Assembly (NCBI GenBank): GCA_963668645.2 | Contig: CAXXWC010000021.1 | Coordinates: 224,001 to 288,000 of the forward strand | DNA: 64,000 nt | Reading direction: 5' to 3' | Source of the DNA: Desulfobacterales bacterium | GTDB lineage: Bacteria; Desulfobacterota; Desulfobacteria; Desulfobacterales; UBA2174 | Translations under genes and position numbers: made by a program | Notes under the pieces: generated by a model | Told to the model about the DNA's origin: nothing | What the model saw: only the letters and a program-made list of their open reading frames with translations | The model's database searches: none | Part shown: one piece after another, positions 49,861 through 59,671 of the stretch | How positions within the stretch are numbered: the stretch's first letter is position 1 | Layout of the letters: every line of letters begins with the position of its first letter

Positions 49861-50981
49861 ACGATGCCGAATTCCAGGACGAAAACTTTTTCTTCTCGGC
49901 ATACAGTATTGAAAACGCCCTGGCCATGACCTGGGCCGGGGCCCAGAACCAAACCGCGACCCAGATGGCGCAAACCCTGCACCTCAACCTGCCCCAGGAG
50001 CGGTTTCATCCGACCCTCAATGCGCTGAACATCGATATCAACAGCCGCGACGACCAGCCGCCCCCGACCGGGGACGCTTTTGCCCTGAGTCTGGTCAATG
50101 CGGTCTGGAGCCGTATCGGCTATCCCTTCATAGCCCCCTACCTCGAGATTATCGCCACCAACTATGACGCCGGGGTGCGCGTCCTGGATTTTGTCGGCTA
50201 CCCGGAAGAAAGCCGGCAGACGATCAACCATTGGGTGGCCGGCCAGACCCAGGACAGGATCCGGAACCTGCTGCCCCAGGGCGCCATTACATCTTATACG
50301 GCCGTGGTGCTCACCAACGCCATCTACTTCAAGGGATCCTGGTTCAGCAAATTCGACGCCGACCTGACCGCCCCTGGGACTTTCACCCGACTGGACGGCA
50401 CCCAGGTGACGGCGAACCTGATGCACCAGCAACTGGATGTCAGGGCGTTTCAGGGTGACGGGTTCGATATGGTGGAGTTGCCCTACGTGAGCGCGCGCTT
50501 TGCGCAGGAAGCCTATCCAGAAGAATTGGCCATGCTGGTGATCGTTCCCCAGGCCGGCCGCTTCGAAGCGGTGCAACGCGCCCTGAACAAGACCGGCCTG
50601 GACGGGCTGATCGCTTCTTTGAGCATGCAGACGGTCGATCTGACCTTTCCCAGGTTCGAATTCGAAGCGCAAATCCAGTGCAAGGAAATCCTTGAGGGCC
50701 TCGGCATGGCAGACGCCTTCAATCCCTTTGCGGCGGATTTCAGCGCCATGGTCGACCCGCAAGTTTCCACGCCCTGGATCGACCAGATTTATCACAAGGC
50801 CTTCGTGGCGGTGGATGAAACCGGCACCGAGGCCGCTGCCGCCACCGCCGTGGTGATGACCGACACCTCGGTTCCCGATCCGGTGAGCATCTGCGCCGAC
50901 CGGCCCTTTATTTTCGTCATCCGCGACAATATCACCCAGGCGATTCTGTTCATGGGCCGCCTTCTGGATCCGAGTGCCTGA
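49860..50981 (+). CDS. Serpin (serine protease inhibitor) domain, N-terminally disrupted
   Basis: Frame includes ENFFFSAYSIENALAMTWAGA, INHWV...T..RI..LL, LTNAIYFKGSW, hinge ETGTEAAAATAV, ADRPFIFVIRD...ILFMGR. First in-frame ATG is at 49926. Confidence 0.88.
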   Translation, partial: DDAEFQDENFFFSAYSIENALAMTWAGAQNQTATQMAQTLHLNLPQERFHPTLNALNIDINSRDDQPPPTGDAFALSLVNAVWSRIGYPFIAPYLEIIATNYDAGVRVLDFVGYPEESRQTINHWVAGQTQDRIRNLLPQGAITSYTAVVLTNAIYFKGSWFSKFDADLTAPGTFTRLDGTQVTANLMHQQLDVRAFQGDGFDMVELPYVSARFAQEAYPEELAMLVIVPQAGRFEAVQRALNKTGLDGLIASLSMQTVDLTFPRFEFEAQIQCKEILEGLGMADAFNPFAADFSAMVDPQVSTPWIDQIYHKAFVAVDETGTEAAAATAVVMTDTSVPDPVSICADRPFIFVIRDNITQAILFMGRLLDPSA

Positions 50982-51031
50982 GGTGCCCGGGTGGCAATCT
51001 GATCCGGTCCGGCCGGCCCGGCGACAGACGC

Positions 51032-51652
51032 TCAGAGCGAAGCGCTTTCGCGGATCCGGCCTTCCAGCGCCTCGGCCTGGGACGCCAGCCGGTCCACGAT
51101 CTCGTTGGTCTGGGCCACAAAGACGGGGTCGGCCATGCTGGCCAGGTTGATGCGCACGTTGTAGACGGCTCCCAGAACCGCACTGCGGGCCATCAAGGCG
51201 GCCACCAGGGCGTCGGTTACCGTGTTCGGATTGCCGTCGCGCACCGCCACGGCGGCAAGATCGAGCACCTTACGGGCGTCCTGGGCCACTTCGAGGGGCA
51301 CTCGCGCCGCTCCGGCCATCGCCGCCTCGATCGCCTGGCGGCGGGCCTCTTTTTCGTCCTGGCTGGCCTTGGGCAGACGGTAGGCAGCCAGAACGGCTTC
51401 ATAGGCCGCGGCATCCCGGTCCACGGCCGCCGCAAGGCGCTCCTGGAGCACGGCCGCCTTCTGGGCCACCTCCTTCAGCCCGCCTTCCACGGCGGCAAAG
51501 CGGGGCCGGCCGATGGTAAAGGCGGTTACCATTTCGGTCAGGGCCGCAGCCAGGGTGGCGGCCAGGGCCGCCACGCATCCGCCCCCGGGCACGGCTTCAC
51601 CGGATGCGGTACGGGCGGCAAACTCCTGTATCGTCATATTCATCAGCGTCAT
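51032..51652 (-). CDS. fchA: Formiminotetrahydrofolate cyclodeaminase / cyclohydrolase family
   Basis: F...TASGEAVPGGGCVAAL, D.DAAAY, AYRLPK, VPLE, GNPNTVTD, YNVRINL. Confidence 0.85.
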   Translation of the reverse strand: MTLMNMTIQEFAARTASGEAVPGGGCVAALAATLAAALTEMVTAFTIGRPRFAAVEGGLKEVAQKAAVLQERLAAAVDRDAAAYEAVLAAYRLPKASQDEKEARRQAIEAAMAGAARVPLEVAQDARKVLDLAAVAVRDGNPNTVTDALVAALMARSAVLGAVYNVRINLASMADPVFVAQTNEIVDRLASQAEALEGRIRESASL

Positions 51653-52923
51653 TGGGTTCTCCTTAACGATCCGGTCCGGTCGGAAACGACGGCGCCCTGT
51701 TTGACCACCATATCGACACAGTTCACGCCCACATGATAAGGAATGAAGCGATAAGATGGAAAATCGAGGATCACCAGATCCCCCCTCTTGCCCGCGTCCA
51801 GGCTGCCCACCGTCTCGGCCCGTCCCACGGCGGCCGCCCCGTTGATCGTCAGGGCGCTGACGATCTCTTCAGGTGTCAGTTGCATATACAGGGCCGCCAG
51901 GGCCGCTACCAGGGGAATCGACTGGCTGAAGCAGCTGCCCGGATTCAGATCGGTGGCCAGGGCCACGGCGCAACCCGCGTCGATCATGGCCCGGGCCCGG
52001 GCGTAGGATTCCTTGAGGCTGAAGGCGGTGACCGGCAGCACCGTGGCCACCACCCCGGCCGCGGCCAGGGCCGCGATCCCCGCATCCGAGGCCTGGAGCA
52101 GATGGTCGGCCGAAACCGCACCCAGTTCGGCGGCCAGTTCGGCGCCGCCGAGCTGGACAATCTCGTCGGCGTGCAGTTTGGCCCTCAGTCCGAGCTTTGC
52201 TGCGTGCTGCAACAGCCGGCGCGAGGCGGCCACCGAAAAGACGTTCTTTTCGCAGAACACGTCGCAAAAACAGGCCAGGCCCCGCGCCGCAACCTGCGGC
52301 AGGACCGCATCGCAGATAAAATCGATGTAATCGTCTTCCCGTCCCCGGTAGGCGGGCGGCAGCGCGTGGGCTCCGAGAAAGGTCGGCACGATGTCCACCG
52401 GATGGCTGCGATCGAGGGTCGCCATCACTTCGAGCTGCTTGAGCTCGGTATCGCAATCGAGGCCGTAGCCGCTCTTGCCCTCCACCGTGGTCACCCCGAA
52501 GGTGAGCATCGTGTCGAGGCGCCGCCGGGCGGCGGCAGCCAGATCCCCGGCCGTCGCGGCCCGGGTGGCCTCGACGGTGGACAGGATTCCGCCGCCGCGC
52601 TCCAGGATCGACATGTAGCTGACCCCCTGGAGGCGCCAGGAAAATTCCTCGGCCCGGTACCCGCCGAAGACGAAGTGGGTGTGGGAATCGACAAATCCGG
52701 GCAACACGGCCCGGCCGGCGGCATCGACCACCGTGTAGCCGGCCGTATCGCGCCCGGCCATCACTTCCGTGCTGGTCCCCACGGTGCGGATGATCCCGCC
52801 TTCGATCACCACGGCCCCGTCGGGAATCACCTGCAATTGGGCCATGGCACTGCCGGCCTTGGGACCGAAGCCGCTGCAGGTGACCAGTTCGGACGCGTTC
52901 TTGACGATCAGGTTTGCAGCCAT
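51649..52923 (-). CDS. hutI: Imidazolonepropionase
   Basis: PGFVDSHTHFVFGGYRAEEF, GGGILSTV, GVTTVEGKSGYGL, TFLGAH, LHADEI, SADHL, ATDLNPG. Confidence 0.95.
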   Translation of the reverse strand: MAANLIVKNASELVTCSGFGPKAGSAMAQLQVIPDGAVVIEGGIIRTVGTSTEVMAGRDTAGYTVVDAAGRAVLPGFVDSHTHFVFGGYRAEEFSWRLQGVSYMSILERGGGILSTVEATRAATAGDLAAAARRRLDTMLTFGVTTVEGKSGYGLDCDTELKQLEVMATLDRSHPVDIVPTFLGAHALPPAYRGREDDYIDFICDAVLPQVAARGLACFCDVFCEKNVFSVAASRRLLQHAAKLGLRAKLHADEIVQLGGAELAAELGAVSADHLLQASDAGIAALAAAGVVATVLPVTAFSLKESYARARAMIDAGCAVALATDLNPGSCFSQSIPLVAALAALYMQLTPEEIVSALTINGAAAVGRAETVGSLDAGKRGDLVILDFPSYRFIPYHVGVNCVDMVVKQGAVVSDRTGSLRRTQ

Positions 52924-52956
52924 CGCAATAGGGCTCCGTTGGAGAAATGAAAAATG

Positions 52957-53853
52957 TTATTCAAGCAGGTGGGATTCGATCACCTGGGCCTGATCGAAAC
53001 CTTCCAGTCCGAGGTAGTAAGCCGCCGTGTCGACCAGGGCCGCCATCGGCACCAACCCGACGATTTCGCTGCCGACCACCGGCACGCCGTAGCGCCGGGC
53101 CTCGATGCGGATCAGCTCCACCACCCGGTAAAGCGCTGTTTTCGAATAATCGGTCATGTTCATCGAGACCTGGACGATACCCCGCTCGGCCAGGGCCACC
53201 CCCATCGCCTTGCAGTAGCGCAGGCCCCCGCCGAGATGGCGCACCTGCCTGGCGATGCGGTCGGCCACCGTCAGGTCGGCCGTGCCCAGATTGACGTTGA
53301 AGGCTACCAACGGCGCTCGCGCGCCGACGGCCGTCACCCCGGCGGTGGGATGGGGTGCGGCCGGCCCGAAATCGGGCTGCCATTCGGGCTGCTGCAGCTT
53401 GGCGGCCATGGCTTCAAACTGCCCCCGGCGCACCTCGGCCAGGTTCTCGCGGGCCGGACTGCTCGCGGCCTTTTCGTAAAGGAAAATCGGCAGTGCAAAG
53501 CGTTCGGCGGCAGCCTCAGCCACCTTCCGGGCCAGGGCCACGGCCGCTTCCATGGTCATATCGCGGACCGGGACGAAGGGGACCACGTCCACGGCCCCCA
53601 TGCGCGGATGCTGGCCCTGGTGGCGGTTCATGTCGATGCAGGCCACCGCCTCGCCCATGGCGTCCAGCATGGCATCCGCCACGGCGTCCGGTGCTCCGAT
53701 GACCGTCACCACCATGCGGTTGTGGTCGGCGTCGTGCTGGCAGTCGAGCAACCTGACGCCCTCACGGTCGCGAAAGAGGTTGCTGATCCGGGCGATCTTT
53801 TCCAGGTCGCGGCCTTCACTGAAATTGGGGACACACTCGACGATCGCTGTCAT
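52957..53853 (-). CDS. ftcD: Glutamate formimidoyltransferase
   Basis: IVECVPNFSEGRD, DADHNRMVVT, HPRMGAVDVVPF, GARAPLVAFNVNL, VQVSMN, SEIVGLVP. Confidence 0.95.
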   Translation of the reverse strand: MTAIVECVPNFSEGRDLEKIARISNLFRDREGVRLLDCQHDADHNRMVVTVIGAPDAVADAMLDAMGEAVACIDMNRHQGQHPRMGAVDVVPFVPVRDMTMEAAVALARKVAEAAAERFALPIFLYEKAASSPARENLAEVRRGQFEAMAAKLQQPEWQPDFGPAAPHPTAGVTAVGARAPLVAFNVNLGTADLTVADRIARQVRHLGGGLRYCKAMGVALAERGIVQVSMNMTDYSKTALYRVVELIRIEARRYGVPVVGSEIVGLVPMAALVDTAAYYLGLEGFDQAQVIESHLLE

Positions 53854-53960
53854 GAATAGCCTCTTTTATTTCAGGCATGTAAAAATCCGATACGCCAGAT
53901 GCGGCGCCACGGTTTTAAGACCGTTACATTTCAGCGCAACAATCGATGGCAATGTTAATC

Positions 53961-54009
53961 TTGACTTAAAATGTACGGTTGCATATACAACTTTGTAAAC
54001 ACCTGTCAA
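53961..54009. promoter_or_regulatory. HutC operator overlapping divergent ftcD/hutC promoters
   Basis: GTTGCATATACAAC (53978-53991) is a near-perfect palindrome matching the HutC-type TGTAnnTACA box. Plus strand TTGACT-17-TATACA; minus strand TTGACA at 54009-54004. Confidence 0.7.
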
Positions 54010-54028
54010 CCCTAAGAGAGCGAATCCC

Positions 54029-54808
54029 ATGAGTCGACATTCAAAACTCTCGCCACTGCCCGGCAACGCTGCCAACGGCGTACCGCAACCCCTCTACGTC
54101 CAGGTCAAAGACCATATCCGCCAGATGATCAGCTCCGGTCAATGGCCGCCGCACCATCGTATTCCATCGGAAAATGAGATCGTCGCGGCCCTGGGCCTCT
54201 CGCGGATGACGGTGCATCGTGCCCTGCGCGAGCTGACCGCCGACGGCCAACTGGTGCGCCTGCAGGGGGTGGGCACGTTCGTAGCGCCGCCCCGGCCCCT
54301 GTCGGCCCTTATGGAGATCCGCAGCATCTCGGACGAAATCGCCGATATGGGCGGCCTGCATTGCTGCGAGGTGCTGCTGCTGCAATCTGAAACGGCGACG
54401 AGCGCTGTGGCCAGGGTGCTCGGCATCGGCCAGGGAGACACGGTGTTTCATTCACGCCTGCTGCACAAGGACCGCGATCAACCCATCCAATTGGCCGAAC
54501 GCTGGGTCAACCCGGCTGCCGCCCCGGACTATCTTGACCAGGATTTTACCTGTGAAACCCCCAGCGCCTACCTGTGCCGCGTGTCACCGGTTACCGAGGC
54601 CGAACACGTCATCGAGGCAAGACTGCCCGATGCGGACACGGCTCGTCTGCTGTGCATGCAAAAGAACGAACCTTGCCTCGTCATGCGCCGCACGATCTGG
54701 TCAGTCGAAATGGTGGCCTCCCTGTCGCGCTTCACCTACCCGGGCAGCCGCTATCGGCTCGCCGGCCGTTTTCAGCCCCAGCAGGCCTCGAACCGCTTCC
54801 TGGCCTGA
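54029..54808 (+). CDS. hutC: Histidine utilisation repressor (GntR HTH + UTRA)
   Basis: PLYVQVK, RIPSENE, SRMTVHRALRELT, RLQGVGTFVA, EIRSISDEI, QLAERWVNP, QDF...TPSAYL. Confidence 0.93.
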   Translation: MSRHSKLSPLPGNAANGVPQPLYVQVKDHIRQMISSGQWPPHHRIPSENEIVAALGLSRMTVHRALRELTADGQLVRLQGVGTFVAPPRPLSALMEIRSISDEIADMGGLHCCEVLLLQSETATSAVARVLGIGQGDTVFHSRLLHKDRDQPIQLAERWVNPAAAPDYLDQDFTCETPSAYLCRVSPVTEAEHVIEARLPDADTARLLCMQKNEPCLVMRRTIWSVEMVASLSRFTYPGSRYRLAGRFQPQQASNRFLA

Positions 54809-54833
54809 GGCCGATCGCCCGCCGGTGCTGTGC

Positions 54834-54861
54834 GGCGTCCATCAATAAATCGATGGACGCC
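54834..54861. terminator. Hairpin between convergent hutC and hutU
   Basis: GGCGTCCATC-AATAAATC-GATGGACGCC, 10-bp stem. Confidence 0.5.
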
Positions 54862-54884
54862 CGCGTCCGGCCTTCTTCAGATGG

Positions 54885-56915
54885 TTATTTTCCCCCAACC
54901 AGGGAATTGATCAGTTCTTCGTCAGGTATGAAGGGCAGCGTGATGTGATCCTGCCCCTGGCGTTCCTGGTTGTAGTCCGCACCGGTCTCCACCGCATGGG
55001 GATTGCGCGCCCAGGCCCGCCGGGCCACCCCCACCATCACGTCCCAGGCCATGGCGCTACGGATGACGCTGTCGATGCGCGCGCTGCCGTCGAGCACCAG
55101 GCCGAATCCGCCGTTGATCGCATTGCCGATGCCCACGCCACCGCCGTTGTGCAGGGCCACCAAGCTCATTCCTCGCGCCGCGTTGCCCGCAAAGCAGTGA
55201 GTGGCCATGTCGGCCATGATGTTGCTGCCGTCGTAAACGTTGGCCGTTTCACGGAAAGGCGAATCGGTGCCGCCGGTGTCGTGATGGTCACGACCGAGCA
55301 TCACCGGTCCGATCTTGCCGCGCCGCACCAGTTCGTTGAAGGCCAGAGCGATGCGCATGCGCCCAGCCGCGTCCTGGTACAAGATCCGCGACTGGGTACC
55401 GACCACCATGCGGTTCTTTTCCGCATCGCGCACCCATGTCCAGTTGTCGCGGTCCTGAAAACGCCGCTCGGGGTCGATGCGGGCCATGGCCGCCTGATCC
55501 GTGCAGCGCAGATCTTCGGGTTTGCCACTGAGGCAGACCCAGCGAAACGGCCCGTAGCCGTAGTCAAAGAGCAGCGGCCCCATGATGTCCTCGACATAGG
55601 ACGGAAAGATAAAACCGTCCAGGGTGTCACGCCCGTTCTTGCTGATCTGGGTCACCCCGGCGTCGAAGACCGCCTTCATGAAGCTGTTGCCGTAGTCGAA
55701 AAAGTAGGTGCCGCGCTCGACCAGGATCTGGATCAGTTCGAAGTGGCGCCGCAGAGAGGCGTCGACCATGGCGGCGAACCGGCCGTGATCGCTACGCAGC
55801 ATCTCGGTGCGCTGGGCGAAAGTAAGCCCCTGGGGGCAGTAGCCCCCGTCGTAGGCCACATGGCAGGAGGTCTGGTCCGAGAGCAGCTCGATGGTTTCTT
55901 GATGGTCCACGGCGTACTGCAACAGATCGACCACGTTGCCCAAAAAGGCGATGGCCCGCGCTTCGTTGCGGGCCTGGCATTCTCGCGCCCGGGCAAAGAC
56001 GGCCGCCGGGTCCTCGATCACCTCGTCCACCCAGCCCTGGTCGCGGCGCGTGGCGATGCGCGACGGATCGACCTCGGCGATGATGGCAACCCCGCCGGCG
56101 ATCTTGGCCGCCTTGCCCTGGGCCCCGCTCATGCCGCCCAGGCCTGAGGAGACGAACAGCGCGCCGTTCATATCTCCGCTGTCCTTGCCGCCACGTTTGA
56201 TGCGGCAGGCGTTGAGCACCGTGTTGTATGTGCCGTGAACAATCCCCTGGGGGCCGATATACATCCAGCCGCCGGCGGTCATCTGGCCGTAGTTGGCCAC
56301 GCCCAGGGCCGCGGCCCGGTGCCAGTTTTCCTGGTCATCGTAGAGCCCGATCATCAGCCCGTTGGAGAGGATCACCCGCGGGGCCGCCGGATTGGAAGCA
56401 AAGAGCCCCAAGGGATGGCCCGAGAAGAGCGCCAGGGTCTGGTCGGTGGTCATCACCTCTAGGTAGCGTTTGATCAACCGGTACTGCATCCAGTTCTGGC
56501 AGACTTGGCCGGTTTCGCCGTAGGTAACCAGTTCGTAGGGGTAGAGCGCCACGTCGAAGTCGAGGTTGTTGTCGATCATCACCTGAAAGGCGCGCCCTTC
56601 GATGCAGCGGCCCTCATAGCTTTCGATGGGGCGTCCCTTGATGTGGCCCGCCGGGCGGAAGCGGTAGGCGTAGACGCGCCCCCTGGTGCGCAACTCTTCG
56701 AGAAACTCGGGGGCCAGTTCGGCGTGCCAGGCTTCGGGCACGTAGCGCAGGGCGTTTTTCAGCGCCAGGGCCGTATCGGCGGCATTGAGCTTGAACTCGC
56801 GCTTGGGCGCGCGCCGGATCCCCTCGGCAAAGGGCGGGGCCGGCGGCGGGAGACTGTCGAAGATTTCATCGAGCCGGATGGTCATGGCTGCGGCGATCTG
56901 GTTGTTGGTGAGCAT
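54885..56915 (-). CDS. hutU: Urocanate hydratase (long ~676-aa form)
   Basis: IRRAP, NALRY, YPYELVTYG, YGQMTAGGWMYIGPQGIVHGT, SSGLGGMSGAQ, SDQTSCH, GRDHHD...DSPFRET, HNGGGVG. AGGAGG RBS. Confidence 0.96.
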   Translation of the reverse strand: MLTNNQIAAAMTIRLDEIFDSLPPPAPPFAEGIRRAPKREFKLNAADTALALKNALRYVPEAWHAELAPEFLEELRTRGRVYAYRFRPAGHIKGRPIESYEGRCIEGRAFQVMIDNNLDFDVALYPYELVTYGETGQVCQNWMQYRLIKRYLEVMTTDQTLALFSGHPLGLFASNPAAPRVILSNGLMIGLYDDQENWHRAAALGVANYGQMTAGGWMYIGPQGIVHGTYNTVLNACRIKRGGKDSGDMNGALFVSSGLGGMSGAQGKAAKIAGGVAIIAEVDPSRIATRRDQGWVDEVIEDPAAVFARARECQARNEARAIAFLGNVVDLLQYAVDHQETIELLSDQTSCHVAYDGGYCPQGLTFAQRTEMLRSDHGRFAAMVDASLRRHFELIQILVERGTYFFDYGNSFMKAVFDAGVTQISKNGRDTLDGFIFPSYVEDIMGPLLFDYGYGPFRWVCLSGKPEDLRCTDQAAMARIDPERRFQDRDNWTWVRDAEKNRMVVGTQSRILYQDAAGRMRIALAFNELVRRGKIGPVMLGRDHHDTGGTDSPFRETANVYDGSNIMADMATHCFAGNAARGMSLVALHNGGGVGIGNAINGGFGLVLDGSARIDSVIRSAMAWDVMVGVARRAWARNPHAVETGADYNQERQGQDHITLPFIPDEELINSLVGGK

Positions 56916-56976
56916 GGGGTTACCTCCTTGGCGGGCCGCGCCCGCTGTCGACACGACCGCGCGATAACAAGAATTT

Positions 56977-58170
56977 CTAGATCACGCCTGCGGCATGCAG
57001 GTTATCAAGCCGCCGGGCGTCGTAGCCGAGCAGTTCGCCCAGCACCTGATCGGTGTCCTGGCCCAACAGCGGCGACGGGCCCTGGATCTGCGCCGGGGTG
57101 TCGGAAAACTTCACCGGCAGGGCCGGCAGGCGCACCGTGCCGGCCACCGGGTGATCCACGTCTGTCAGCATTTCGCGCACCCGGATATGTTCGCTTTCAG
57201 CCACCTGACCGATATCGAGAATCGGCGAGACCGGAATCTTGTAACGCTCCAGGTGGGCTACCACCTGGGCCACGGTGCGCGAAGCGGCCCAGGCTTCGAT
57301 GATCTGCTTGAGTTCTGCCGCGGCATCGGGACGGCCGCGCCGGGTGTCGCTGGAAAACTCCGGCCGTGCTGCCAACTCGGGCATCTCCATGGCCTGGCAG
57401 AGACGATGGAAGGCCGTGTTTTCGAAAGTGGCCACCACGAAATGGCCGTCGGCAGCCCTGAAGGCATCGTACGGGTAGCTGGTCGGATGGCGGCTGCCGA
57501 CCCGGCCGGGAACCTGGCCGTTGCCCAGGTACTGAAACAACGCCATCTCCAGCAGCGAGAAGATCGAGTCGACCATGGCCACGTCGATGCGTTGGCCGGT
57601 ACCGCTGCGCTGCCGGGCGAACAGGGCACTGACCACGGCAAAGGCGGTGTAGAGCGCGGTGGAGGTATCGCCCAGCGACACACCGACGCGCGTGGGGGGC
57701 CGGTCGGCCGGACCGTTGATGCTCATGATTCCGCCCATGGCCTGGGCGATCAGATCGAAGGCCGGCCGTTGGGAGAGCGGCCCCTGCTGGCCGAAACCGG
57801 AAATCGAGGCGTAGATCAACCGCGGATTGATCGCCCTGAGGCCCTCCCAGTCGAGCCCGAGCCGGTCCATCACGCCGGGACGGAAATTTTCCACCAGCAC
57901 GTCGCTGACCGCGGCCAGTTCCTTGAGCACCGCGACGCCCTTGGGATCCTTGAAGTTGAGCGTAATGCCCTTCTTGCCGCGGTTGAGCGACATGAAGTAG
58001 TAGCTCTCACCGTTGACCGCCACCGACGGCTCGCGGGCCATGTCCCCGCCGTCGGGGTTCTCCACCTTGATCACTTCGGCGCCCAGATCAGCCAGCATGG
58101 CGGTACAAAACGGACCACTGAGCACCCGGGTCAGATCCAGGACCCGTATCCCTTCCAAAGCCTTTGGCAT
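56977..58170 (-). CDS. Family III CoA transferase (CaiB/BaiF)
   Basis: LEGIRVLDLTRVLSGPFCTAMLADLGAEVIKVE, NRGKK, ENFRPG, GFGQ.GP, LGD (catalytic Asp), PLLGQDT. Confidence 0.93.
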   Translation of the reverse strand: MPKALEGIRVLDLTRVLSGPFCTAMLADLGAEVIKVENPDGGDMAREPSVAVNGESYYFMSLNRGKKGITLNFKDPKGVAVLKELAAVSDVLVENFRPGVMDRLGLDWEGLRAINPRLIYASISGFGQQGPLSQRPAFDLIAQAMGGIMSINGPADRPPTRVGVSLGDTSTALYTAFAVVSALFARQRSGTGQRIDVAMVDSIFSLLEMALFQYLGNGQVPGRVGSRHPTSYPYDAFRAADGHFVVATFENTAFHRLCQAMEMPELAARPEFSSDTRRGRPDAAAELKQIIEAWAASRTVAQVVAHLERYKIPVSPILDIGQVAESEHIRVREMLTDVDHPVAGTVRLPALPVKFSDTPAQIQGPSPLLGQDTDQVLGELLGYDARRLDNLHAAGVI

Positions 58171-58212
58171 GTATACTCCTTAGTTTCTGGAAAGCGTTGC
58201 GCGACTTGAGGC

Positions 58213-58920
58213 CTACCCGCCCAGATAGGCCTGGCGCACCTGGTTGTTGTTCATCAATGCGGCGCTGTCGCCGGCCTCCACGATGCGGCCGTTTTCGAGC
58301 AGGTAGCCCCGGTGGGCGACCTCCAGGGCCTTTTTGGCGTTTTGCTCAATGAGCAAAATGGCGATGTTTTCGGCCACCAGGTCGCGCACCATGGAAAAAA
58401 GCCGCGAAACGAGTACCGGCATCAGCCCCAGGCTCATCTCGTCGATGAGCAGCAGGCGCGGGGCGGCCATGAGACAGCGCGAAATCGCCAGCATCTGCTG
58501 CTCGCCCCCGCTCAGGGTGCCGGCCAATTGGCGGGCACGGGCCTGAAGGCGCGGAAAAAACGTATAAACCCGCTCCATGTCAGTACCGATACGCGCGTCC
58601 CGGCGGGCAAAAGCCCCCATGCGGATATTCTCCTCGACCGTCAGATCGCGGAAGACCCGCGCGCCTTCAGGTACGTAGGCGATTCCGTGGCGCACCCGGT
58701 CCCAGGCCGGGGTGCGGGCCAGATCGACATCCCCCAGGCGCAACGTGCCACTGCGGATCGGCAGCAACCCCATGATCGCCTTGACCAGGGTCGTCTTGCC
58801 GGCGCCGTTGCTCCCGATCACCGTGACCAGTTCACCTGCGCCCACCGTTAGCGATACCCGGTCCAGAGCCTGGATTTTGCCGTAATAGACCGAAACCTCA
58901 TTCACATCGAGCATAGTCAT
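58213..58920 (-). CDS. livF: HAAT (Liv-type) ABC transporter ATP-binding subunit
   Basis: GSNGAGKTT, LSGGEQQMLA, LLIEQNA, AYLGG. Confidence 0.9.
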   Translation of the reverse strand: MTMLDVNEVSVYYGKIQALDRVSLTVGAGELVTVIGSNGAGKTTLVKAIMGLLPIRSGTLRLGDVDLARTPAWDRVRHGIAYVPEGARVFRDLTVEENIRMGAFARRDARIGTDMERVYTFFPRLQARARQLAGTLSGGEQQMLAISRCLMAAPRLLLIDEMSLGLMPVLVSRLFSMVRDLVAENIAILLIEQNAKKALEVAHRGYLLENGRIVEAGDSAALMNNNQVRQAYLGG

Positions 58921-59662
58921 GGTCTTTCCCCAGATAGGCTTCGATCACGCAGGCGTTCTGCTGGACTTCCTGCGGCCGGCCCTCACAGATCAACTGCCCA
59001 TGGTCCAGAACGTAAATCCGTTCGGATACCTCCATGGCCACGCGCATGTTGTGTTCGATGAGCATCACCGCCATGCCCTGGGCCTTGAGGCGCCGGATCA
59101 GTTCGATCAGCCCGAGCGATTCCTCGTGGGTCAACCCGGCGGCCGATTCATCCAGCAGTATGATCTGCGGCGCCAGAGCCAGGGCACGGGCGATCTCCAT
59201 GCGCCGTTGCAAGGCCAGTCCGAGGTCGCGGGCCGAACGTTCGGCGTAGGCGGACAGGCCGACCATTTCGAGAAGCTCCATGGCCCGTGCCACGTTCCGC
59301 GCCCGTTTGTAGTAGCCGAAGCAGCCCCACGCGTCGTAAAACCCGACCCCATAGGCCAGCAGCACGTTCTGCAGCACGGTCATGTCCAGAAACGGCTGGC
59401 AGACCTGGAAAGTCCGGCCGATGCCGAGCCGGGCGATGCGGTGTGGGCGGCTGCCCTCGATCGGCTCGCCTTTGAGGCGGATCGTTCCGGCGCTGGGAGC
59501 GAATACGCCGCTGATCAGGTTGAACAGCGTCGTCTTGCCGGCGCCGTTGGGGCCGATCACCCCAAGGATCTCCCGGGGGTTGAGGGTCATATCGACGTCG
59601 GTCAGGGCCTTGAGCCCGCCGAAGCGCTTCGACACCCCTTGAATTTCGAAAAACGGTGCCAC
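58898..59662 (-). CDS. livG: HAAT (Liv-type) ABC transporter ATP-binding subunit
   Basis: KRFGGLKAL, GPNGAGKTT, GIGRTFQ, LLDESAAGL, IEHNM, VIEAYLG. Confidence 0.9.
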   Translation of the reverse strand: MAPFFEIQGVSKRFGGLKALTDVDMTLNPREILGVIGPNGAGKTTLFNLISGVFAPSAGTIRLKGEPIEGSRPHRIARLGIGRTFQVCQPFLDMTVLQNVLLAYGVGFYDAWGCFGYYKRARNVARAMELLEMVGLSAYAERSARDLGLALQRRMEIARALALAPQIILLDESAAGLTHEESLGLIELIRRLKAQGMAVMLIEHNMRVAMEVSERIYVLDHGQLICEGRPQEVQQNACVIEAYLGKDHDYARCE

Positions 59663-59671
59663 GCAAACCTC

